Assembly: GCA_031272965.1 (NCBI GenBank) | Contig: JAISSS010000010.1 | Location: forward strand, 1 to 19,592 | Length of the DNA: 19,592 bases | Reading direction: 5' to 3' | From: Bacteroidales bacterium | GTDB taxonomy: Bacteria > Bacteroidota > Bacteroidia > Bacteroidales > Prolixibacteraceae | Shown: one piece after another, positions 8,509 through 15,162 of the stretch | How positions within the stretch are numbered: position 1 is the stretch's first letter | How the letters are laid out: each line of letters opens with the position of its first letter | The notes under the pieces: generated by a model | Told to the model about the DNA's origin: nothing | The model's input: the letters and a program-made list of their open reading frames with translations, nothing else | Databases searched by the model: none | Program-made: the position numbers and the translations under genes

Positions 8509-9081
8509 TTACCGGTTCTCACCCGAAAGCTGGGCAATGAGAATCCGTATATGTCGTCGTGCGTAGGAAATCTGTTTTTCTACGGCCTGTTTACTTATTT
8601 GCAGGCGCTGTGCGATTTCTTCCGTACTTAAACCGTCTTCATAACTGTACTCAAAAATTCGTTGCCGTTGGCGGGGCATGCTCTTTATTGCCATTGAGAT
8701 ATACTTCTCTGTTTCTTTGACAATCATGTTCGCATCGGCTGCATTCTCCTCGCCCTGTGTAAGGTTTGAAGCGTGCATATCCCGCACTTTTTTACTTCTG
8801 TAGTAGTTCGACAGGGCATGTTTTGCCCGCGTGAAGAGGTACCTCTCAAAATGCTTTTGAGGGTCAATCCTGTTCCGCTCAATCCAAATCTGCGCAAAGA
8901 TATGTTGCGTCAGCTCTTCGGCGACTGTCGTGGAGCGGCTTATCAGTGCCAGGAACTTGTACAGTGGCGAGGCAAACTGTATGTACAGCCTGTGGAACGC
9001 CTCCGCATCGCCGTTCTTAACGGCCTCCAGCACCGAGCTTAGCTCGTCCTCGTTAGTCATATTGTCAGGTACTACAGTCAT
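8509..9081 (-). CDS. RNA polymerase ECF-type sigma-70 factor (Bacteroides-type ECF)
   Basis: Region 2 and region 4 signatures: AEELTQHIFAQIWIERNRID, YLFTRAKHALSNYYRSKK, and RQRIFEYSYEDGLSTEEIAQRLQISKQAVEKQISYARRHIR as the HTH. Confidence 0.85.
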   Translation of the reverse strand: MTVVPDNMTNEDELSSVLEAVKNGDAEAFHRLYIQFASPLYKFLALISRSTTVAEELTQHIFAQIWIERNRIDPQKHFERYLFTRAKHALSNYYRSKKVRDMHASNLTQGEENAADANMIVKETEKYISMAIKSMPRQRQRIFEYSYEDGLSTEEIAQRLQISKQAVEKQISYARRHIRILIAQLSGENR

Positions 9082-9091
9082 TTATCTTCGG

Positions 9092-9325
9092 TCAAACAAC
9101 TTTCGCAAAAACAATCGGCTTCATAGTCTCAAACAACTTCTCGGCGTGTTCGTCGGGACATGGCGCAACCATTTCGTTAAACAGTCTCTGCAGAGCCTTC
9201 GTTTTCGACTCGTTCTGCATGTCGCTGAACAACCACTGCCTGATTTTGTCGTCCCATTGGGAGGACAAGGATTCTGTAACGTAAATCCTCAGTATCTCGT
9301 AAGTATGTTGTAACTCTTTCTTCAT
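9092..9325 (-). CDS. Small hypothetical protein (77 aa, predicted helical, no TM segment) immediately upstream of the ECF sigma gene, 10 bp gap
   Basis: ORF with ATG start MKKELQ. The tight spacing to the downstream sigma gene suggests co-transcription. No recognisable family. Confidence 0.4.
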   Translation of the reverse strand: MKKELQHTYEILRIYVTESLSSQWDDKIRQWLFSDMQNESKTKALQRLFNEMVAPCPDEHAEKLFETMKPIVFAKVV

Positions 9326-9540
9326 AGCTTCAATTGTTGTACACTAATAATGCACTTAAACCCCGCTTTTCTTCCCCAAAAAAATGCACTTTTTTTCATT
9401 TCTCTTGAAACAGAATGATTTATGCGGGCAAAAAAAAAGCGGATTTGGCTTCTCCGGCTCTCCGGATATTGCCGCCTCCGCTATATGAAACGATTATGAC
9501 AAAATTTTGTTTAACTAAAAAATATGTTTTTATATGATTC

Positions 9541-10185
9541 TTATCTGATTTTTTTATCCGACAGCATGGCGATAGTTTTGCGTATCTGGCTTCGGGCGTA
9601 AGAAATCTGCTTTTCGACTGCATGTTTACTGATATTGAGGCGTTCTGCGATTTCTCCGGGCGAGAGACCTTCCCTGTAGCTGCATTCGAAGATGGTGCGG
9701 CGCTGTTTGGGCATATCGCTCATGGCTATATTAATATACAGTTCGGTTTCTTTGACTATCAGTTCCATATCTGACGAGTGGTCAAATTCTTCCTTCGCCT
9801 GATTTGATATATACAGGTCCCGTACCTTCTTGCTGCGATAATAGTTTGATATTGTATGTCGCGCCACGGTGAACAGATAGTTCTTTATATTTTTATTCGG
9901 ATTAATTTTTTCCCGTTCAAGCCACACTTCCACTAAAATCTGCTGTGTCAGTTCTTCTGCCAGCGCTTGTGAGCGGGTTAGGCAGTTTATGAAATTATGC
10001 AGCGGTTTCAAGTACTGCATATACAGCTTGTGATATGTCTCCTGGCATCCGTCGCGTAACAGCGCGAGTTCTTCCGGCGTCAAGTCGCAGGCGTTTTTAT
10101 TTGCTGCTTTTCGGCGCTTCCCTTCGGCCTCTGCCGGGGGCGGAGTTGATACGTGTGTTGTCGTGTTGTTGTTCGTAACAGTCAT
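9541..10185 (-). CDS. RNA polymerase ECF-type sigma-70 factor, paralog of 8509..9081, with a low-complexity N-terminal extension
   Basis: Likely ATG at 10185 (MTVTNNNTTTHVSTPPPAEAEGKRRK...). The track ORF extends to 10287 without an ATG. Region 2/4 blocks align with the other sigma: AEELTQQILVEVWLEREKIN, YLFTVARHTISNYYRSKKVRD, RRTIFECSYREGLSPGEIAERLNISKHAVEKQISYARSQIR. Confidence 0.85.
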   Translation of the reverse strand: MTVTNNNTTTHVSTPPPAEAEGKRRKAANKNACDLTPEELALLRDGCQETYHKLYMQYLKPLHNFINCLTRSQALAEELTQQILVEVWLEREKINPNKNIKNYLFTVARHTISNYYRSKKVRDLYISNQAKEEFDHSSDMELIVKETELYINIAMSDMPKQRRTIFECSYREGLSPGEIAERLNISKHAVEKQISYARSQIRKTIAMLSDKKIR

Positions 10186-10549
10186 AATACAAATATAATT
10201 TAAGTTAATAAAAGGCAAAACGAATGGACAGGCGCACACTGTAAATATAACAAGTGAACATGCAACAATGTTTGCTGCAAAATTCAAAATACAGGTCGCC
10301 CTGCGGACGCCGAACAGCGCCCGAAGAAATGAACAATCATGGGATTATAGAACTGTGTAAAGGAATCCTGGAAGAGGATTATAGTTCAAGGATGGAACTC
10401 CGGACATTGGTGTCAAGGGTTCCGGTATTAATGATTTGTTCGGAAATCCAATTTCGTATTCGAAATTCGTTGTTTGCAATTATCGTGCCAAACTTTTCGG
10501 GAAGCGAAGAAAAGTGCAGAAAAAATGTATTTTATTTTCGGAAAAGTGT

Positions 10550-10557
10550 TATATTTG
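10550..10557 (+). promoter_or_regulatory. Bacteroidetes -7 element TATATTTG upstream of nrnA
   Basis: tatatttg at 10550-10557, 25 nt before the TTG start at 10582. Confidence 0.4.
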
Positions 10558-10581
10558 CAGTTCTAAAAACAGTATATAGAA

Positions 10582-11619
10582 TTGGAACCGATTGATATTA
10601 AGACAGTTAAGCTGTTTCGCAAGGCGATAGAGGCGGCGAGTGGCCCGATAGCCTTAGTAGCCCATGTTAATGCTGACGGCGATGCCATAGGGTCAGTATT
10701 AGGCTTGTCGCGGGTGTTGCGTAATGCCGGAAAACAGACGGTCGTGCTGGCGCCCAACCATTTTCCGCCCTATTATAAATGGATAGCCGGCGCCGAAGAG
10801 ATACTGATTTTCAGCCAGTTCTATCGGGAGGTGCGCAAGGCGCTGGCCTCTTCGGGCATGATGATATGCCTGGACCTCAACTCGCCTGCCCGCACGGCCG
10901 ACATGAAAGAGTTGCTGGAAAAGTACCGCAAGTCGAGCATCGTGATAGACCATCACCCCTTCCCCCAGAAGTTCACTAACCTGCTGATTTCGCATCCCGA
11001 ATGTTCCTCGACCGCCGAATTAGTGTTCCACGTCATCAAACAGATGGGCTACAGGGAATATATAGATATGGAGGCTGCCGAGGCGCTCTATTGCGGGATA
11101 ATGACCGACACTGGCTCATTCGACTTTAACATTTCTGACCCGCAGACATTCCGCACCGTGAGCGAACTGCTCGAATGGAAAATCGACCCCATAAAGATTC
11201 ATGAGAAGGTCTATGATAACTACTCGGCCGACCGGATGCGGCTGTTGGGTTACTGCCTTTGCGAGTGCATGAACATCCTGCCGGAATATCATACGGCGGT
11301 TATGCACCTCTCTCGGGATATTCAACAAAAGTTCAATTTTTTGCCGGGCGATAACGAGGGATTCGTTAATTACCCGCTTTCCATTAAAGACATCCATTTC
11401 AGTGTCCTGTTTACCGAGAAAGATGACCATATAAAAGTGTCGTTTCGCTCGAAGGGCGACTTCCCGACCAACGATATGGCCGCGAAATATTTTAATGGAG
11501 GCGGTCATAAGAACGCTTCCGGCGGTGAGCTGAAAGTCCCTTTCGAGAAGGCTATTGAGCTGTTCTATACTGTGTTGCCTGACTATAAAGAGCTGTTGGA
11601 AGCGACAAGGAGAGGGTAG
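10582..11619 (+). CDS. nrnA: DHH-family phosphoesterase, bifunctional oligoribonuclease / pAp phosphatase NrnA
   Basis: HVNADGDAIGS (DHH motif I-II), IDHH, and the C-terminal DHHA1 GGGH motif (YFNGGGHKNASGG). Start appears to be TTG, as there is no in-frame ATG upstream. Confidence 0.85.
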   Translation: MEPIDIKTVKLFRKAIEAASGPIALVAHVNADGDAIGSVLGLSRVLRNAGKQTVVLAPNHFPPYYKWIAGAEEILIFSQFYREVRKALASSGMMICLDLNSPARTADMKELLEKYRKSSIVIDHHPFPQKFTNLLISHPECSSTAELVFHVIKQMGYREYIDMEAAEALYCGIMTDTGSFDFNISDPQTFRTVSELLEWKIDPIKIHEKVYDNYSADRMRLLGYCLCECMNILPEYHTAVMHLSRDIQQKFNFLPGDNEGFVNYPLSIKDIHFSVLFTEKDDHIKVSFRSKGDFPTNDMAAKYFNGGGHKNASGGELKVPFEKAIELFYTVLPDYKELLEATRRG

Positions 11620-11629
11620 GGGGCAGATT

Positions 11630-13051
11630 TCAGTTTTCAGATTTCAGGGCGGCTTTTATGGTGTCGGTTCCGGGGAATCCGGTAACGCGGAGGGTTTGGC
11701 GTCCGGTGGGGGTAAATACCATGTAGGTCGGGATTGCTTCGATATGCAGCGCGTCAAACATGGCGCGTCCGGTGGCGCCGGAGAGCCGGTAATGCTGGCC
11801 TGACACCGATGTGGCTATCTGTTGCCACAGCTCCGGGGGCGAGGTCGCATCGGTGATATACAGGAAAATGACGTCGGCGTCGTGCAGCTCGTCTTTTAGC
11901 GGCTTTATTTGCTGCATCGCTTGCAGGCACGGCTGGCACCACGTCGCCCAAAAGTCAACCACCACCGCCTTCCCCCGATAGCGGGCGAGAATGGAATCAA
12001 GCAATACTGTCGGCGTTACGTCGGGCGGCTCATTGATAATGCCACGCCTGACCGCAATACTGTCGGCGGACACCGGCCCCCACAATCTTTCCTGCCCCGA
12101 TATATACCGGTTGCGCTCGTGTATGGCAATATTTTCCCGGCGTGTATCAGGATTTTTGTTCAGCTCGATACGCGCATGTTTCACCTCTTTCTGTATTCCG
12201 GCGAACAGTAGCGAACTGCCGTTCAGCATTATGTACAGCGAATCGTCGGGCTGTTTGTCGGGGCGGAATGTGGCTTCATAGCGGCTCTTTTTTCGCAGGT
12301 CTATCGTCAAGTTCAGGTGGTCTGTTGCTGTCGGGGGCAGATAGCCGCGCGTCAGGCCGATGACAAAAGCGCTGCCGACAGGTACATGCCCCATAAAGTC
12401 GCCGGTTTCGCTGATGCGCAGTCTGACATTGGGGGGCGCTGTTTTTGGGGGCTCGTGCGTCGAAAAAACGACTTCATTTGGCAGCCATCCGTCAGCATGA
12501 TAGCCGTCAAGGTGGCCGCTGACGAACACTAAACTGTCCTTTGCAGCTTTTTGTGGTAGTGAGACGGTCGTATCGCTGTCGGCCATCTTGTCCGCTGTTG
12601 TGCCCGATTTTTTCGGGGAGGGATACATTCGGATACCCCATATCGCAGTTTTTCCGGCGGCGGCAAAATCAACTTCCCTGATTTTGCGCGGTACAGGCTC
12701 GAAGAACATACGGACAGTTCTCTCCATTGCTGCGTTTGCACGTGTTTTTTCATTCTCTGACGCGGTATCGATGTATGTGCAGGCATAGCAGAGTCCGGTT
12801 TCGCGTATCCGCAGTTGATATGGCGGCGCCGTGTCGGTTTCTTCCCGAATATGCGGTACGGGGAGTTGCCACACAGCGTCCATGATGGTGGCCGTGTCAG
12901 TGAGTTCTATACTGCTGATTTCTATTGCCTTACTGTCCCACACATCGAATGTGGGGCAGTCAATTACGGTGGGGCGTTTTTTGGCGGCCACAGTGAGGCA
13001 AAGTAGCATACATACAGCAAGAAGGAGATTTTTTGTTTCCGAAGTCATCAT
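11630..13051 (-). CDS. Exported TlpA-like thioredoxin-fold thiol-disulfide oxidoreductase with a large N-terminal domain of unknown function
   Basis: Signal peptide MMTSETKNLLLAVCMLLCLTVAA. C-terminal thioredoxin fold with the CxxC motif in GKAVVVDFWATWCQPC. About 330 aa of N-terminal domain precedes it. Confidence 0.75.
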   Translation of the reverse strand: MMTSETKNLLLAVCMLLCLTVAAKKRPTVIDCPTFDVWDSKAIEISSIELTDTATIMDAVWQLPVPHIREETDTAPPYQLRIRETGLCYACTYIDTASENEKTRANAAMERTVRMFFEPVPRKIREVDFAAAGKTAIWGIRMYPSPKKSGTTADKMADSDTTVSLPQKAAKDSLVFVSGHLDGYHADGWLPNEVVFSTHEPPKTAPPNVRLRISETGDFMGHVPVGSAFVIGLTRGYLPPTATDHLNLTIDLRKKSRYEATFRPDKQPDDSLYIMLNGSSLLFAGIQKEVKHARIELNKNPDTRRENIAIHERNRYISGQERLWGPVSADSIAVRRGIINEPPDVTPTVLLDSILARYRGKAVVVDFWATWCQPCLQAMQQIKPLKDELHDADVIFLYITDATSPPELWQQIATSVSGQHYRLSGATGRAMFDALHIEAIPTYMVFTPTGRQTLRVTGFPGTDTIKAALKSEN

Positions 13052-13071
13052 GTTATATGAACATCAGTTCA

Positions 13072-14004
13072 TTATATTACACATAATCCTTCGGCAGCTA
13101 CGAAATGTTTTTTGATGCCGATTTCGTCCATCCATTTGCGGGTTTCAACGGTATTCCATTTGCCGGTGTTATAGCCGGTTCCCGGGTCGTTGTTCCACAG
13201 CCACAGCGGGGTCGGCCACAGGCAGGCATTGAACTTCACTGCGCGGTAGAAGTCGCGGTTCACGCCATTCTGACCATGGTGTGCCATTTGCAGGAAATCG
13301 CAGTTATACTCGTCAAACAGGCTGCTGTTCATGATTTTTTTGCCTTCTTCCACGCCTGCGTCGCCGAGGAAGACCGCTGAGCGGGCAGCATCCCATACTT
13401 TGACCACCATACTGGAATTGTTGTAGGCATTGTTCGTAAATTCCTCGTTTTTTACGGCGAGAATTTTGAACGTTACGCGGTCGATGTCCACTGTCAGGCC
13501 GGGTGCAGTGATGTCAACCACCTGTATGCCTGTTTTTTTGAGGTTTTTATAGAACTCGTCCGTTATATTGCGGTTATCGGGTTCGACCTTGTTATAGAAC
13601 TCTTCGGAAAGCGGCGAATGATAGACAGTTTTGATGCGTATTTCGCCGGGCGATTTGAGGAACTCGTTGAGGGCGCCGATATGGTCGATGTGGGGATGCG
13701 AAATGAACCATGCCTCGACGCTGTTGCCCAGCATGGCGAGGAATCCCCGCAGATATTCGGCTTCGGAGGGCATTCCGCCGTCCATGACCACTATCTGGCC
13801 GTTGTCGGTGCGGAACACGTATGAATTGCCCTGCGTTGCCGTTTGATGCAGGGGCAGCTGCCACAATGTGAAGCGCGATTTGCGCGCCCGCGTTCCCGTC
13901 GTTGCGCCCGCCGATAGATGCGGCAACATCGTCGCCCCGACCGCCAGCATTGACGTACTTATGAAAGCCCGCCGGCTTGCCTTAATTCTGTTCTGTGTTG
14001 TCAT
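13072..14004 (-). CDS. Tat-exported metallo-beta-lactamase (MBL) fold hydrolase
   Basis: Twin-arginine signal: KASRRAFISTSMLAVGATMLPHLSAGA. MBL motif FISHPHIDHIGAL (HxHxDH). 20-bp gap to the downstream TlpA-like gene, so likely an operon. Confidence 0.8.
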   Translation of the reverse strand: MTTQNRIKASRRAFISTSMLAVGATMLPHLSAGATTGTRARKSRFTLWQLPLHQTATQGNSYVFRTDNGQIVVMDGGMPSEAEYLRGFLAMLGNSVEAWFISHPHIDHIGALNEFLKSPGEIRIKTVYHSPLSEEFYNKVEPDNRNITDEFYKNLKKTGIQVVDITAPGLTVDIDRVTFKILAVKNEEFTNNAYNNSSMVVKVWDAARSAVFLGDAGVEEGKKIMNSSLFDEYNCDFLQMAHHGQNGVNRDFYRAVKFNACLWPTPLWLWNNDPGTGYNTGKWNTVETRKWMDEIGIKKHFVAAEGLCVI

Positions 14005-14017
14005 ACGGTAAAATTTT

Positions 14018-14048
14018 CCGCAAATATAGCTGTTTTTTTGACAGAGCT
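14018..14048 (-). promoter_or_regulatory. Promoter module for the MBL-TlpA operon (minus-strand -7 box tatatttg, seen as plus 14021-14028); copy 1 of a ~30-bp direct repeat
   Basis: Minus-strand reading gctctgtcaaaaaaacagcTATATTTGcg. The box lies 16 nt upstream of the ATG at 14004. The same module recurs at 14356-14388. Confidence 0.55.
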
Positions 14049-14336
14049 TTAAATTTGCTCTCGAACTCCCTGACAGTTACTATTGCGTAGTTCATATAGA
14101 AATTCTTTTGCCGTTTTTCGTACTTGTTTCCCGTCGATAATTTCGCGCACGTCGTGGAAAGCGCGGTCGAGACTTTTATATAAAGGAGTATCCTCTTCCG
14201 GCACGGCCGCTTTTTTTGCCTTGCCCGACTGCCTGGTCTGCTTAACCGCCACATCGATATCCAGATTGCGGATGTAGCTCGTGATTAAGTCCAATTTGCC
14301 GCTGTCGATATGTCCGTTCAATACTAATTCTGTCAT
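14049..14336 (-). CDS. Hypothetical small protein (95 aa), hydrophilic and charged, no recognisable family
   Basis: ATG at 14336, 24 nt downstream of its own copy of the -7 box. Stop lies immediately adjacent to repeat copy 1. No TM segments. Confidence 0.4.
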   Translation of the reverse strand: MTELVLNGHIDSGKLDLITSYIRNLDIDVAVKQTRQSGKAKKAAVPEEDTPLYKSLDRAFHDVREIIDGKQVRKTAKEFLYELRNSNCQGVREQI

Positions 14337-14355
14337 CTCGCTACTGTTTTAAATT

Positions 14356-14388
14356 CGTTGCAAATATAGCTGTTTTTTTTGACAGAGC
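14356..14388 (-). promoter_or_regulatory. Promoter module, copy 2 of the ~30-bp direct repeat (minus-strand -7 box tatatttg, seen as plus 14361-14368), driving the 95-aa ORF
   Basis: Plus-strand gcaaatatagctgttttttttgacagagc, compared with copy 1 cgcaaatatagctgtttttttgacagagc. Identical except for a T8 run versus T7. Confidence 0.5.
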
Positions 14389-14411
14389 CATTGCGATGCG
14401 CGAGAATACCG

Positions 14412-14431
14412 TGTATATTGATGTATATTGA
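14412..14431. repeat. Perfect tandem duplication of a 10-mer (tgtatattga x2) in the divergent intergenic region
   Basis: 14412-14421 equals 14422-14431. Confidence 0.6.
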
Positions 14432-14553
14432 TTCTCTATGTGTGGGGATGGCGGCTGAAAACCCCAATGTTTCCTGAATGTAAAAATTTTACTTTCAACG
14501 GCATTTTTTTTGTGAAAAACGGAAAAAGTTTCTCATGGCAGGAAAATAATAAT

Positions 14554-14561
14554 TATCTTTG
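14554..14561 (+). promoter_or_regulatory. Bacteroidetes -7 element TATCTTTG upstream of the nfeD-flotillin operon
   Basis: tatctttg at 14554-14561, 36 nt before the ATG at 14598. tttc about 21 nt upstream serves as a -33-like element. Confidence 0.4.
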
Positions 14562-14597
14562 CGGCGTTAAAAACTAAAAACTAAAAAAGTACACAGT

Positions 14598-15113
14598 ATG
14601 ACATGGTATGAACTTCTTTTAATTGCCTCCGGTGTGCTGTTTCTGCTGACCACACTGGGGTCCCTGTTGTTCGGGGATGTTTCTGCTGACGCCGATATTG
14701 AGGTTGGCGTTGACGGCTTCCTGATGAGCGACATCATCTCGTTCAAGGGGTGTTTGCATTTCCTGCTGGGCTTCTCGCTGACGCTGACGCTCATGCGGGA
14801 GGTAACGTTGCTGACGGTTTCCGTGGCCACTGTTGTCGGCCTTGTGTTTACCTTTACGCTGTATTATATTTATAAGCTGATATACAGCAAGTTACAACAA
14901 AGTCTGCATTATACCGACGAGATTACGGAGATGGACGCCGAGGTCTATTTCTGGAACGAGGCTAAAAAAATCGGCGAGGTTTTCATCACGCTCGAAGGCC
15001 GTCCTGTAACGGTAACTTTACAGGGCGCCGAAGGGATGAACCTCGAAAAAGGGCAAAAAATAAAAGTCTCCGGCACACGAAAGGCCGTGTTTCCGGTGGA
15101 ATTTATTGTTTAA
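14598..15113 (+). CDS. NfeD-like short membrane protein (YqiJ/YuaF-type; three TM helices plus a C-terminal OB-fold beta-barrel), flotillin partner
   Basis: Three hydrophobic helices followed by a soluble C-terminus ...EVYFWNEAKKIGEVFITLEGRPVTVTLQGAEGMNLEKGQKIKVSGTRKAVFPVEFIV, consistent with an NfeD OB-fold. Lies immediately upstream of a flotillin gene, the conserved NfeD-SPFH pairing. Confidence 0.65.
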   Translation: MTWYELLLIASGVLFLLTTLGSLLFGDVSADADIEVGVDGFLMSDIISFKGCLHFLLGFSLTLTLMREVTLLTVSVATVVGLVFTFTLYYIYKLIYSKLQQSLHYTDEITEMDAEVYFWNEAKKIGEVFITLEGRPVTVTLQGAEGMNLEKGQKIKVSGTRKAVFPVEFIV

Positions 15114-15162
15114 GCGCCTGCCACCGAAATGATTCGGCAGTAAATTTTTTAATATATATTAT

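Noticed and set aside
10254-10595. 113-aa ORF in the sigma-2/nrnA intergenic region
   Set aside because: It has no ATG start, as the track uses an alternative codon. It overlaps the sigma-2 N-terminal codons and the nrnA promoter and start, and has no family resemblance.
11621-11647. Direct repeat cagatttcag ... tcagatttcag at the nrnA/TlpA convergent junction
   Set aside because: It falls in the last codons of the TlpA-like gene (LKSEN-stop read on the minus strand) and is explained by codon repetition. No hairpin potential.
13982-14254. 90-aa very basic ORF overlapping the MBL start, promoter repeat copy 1 and the 95-aa ORF in another frame
   Set aside because: Out of frame with both better-supported genes. 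The 95-aa ORF has a properly spaced -7 box and ATG, whereas this one does not.
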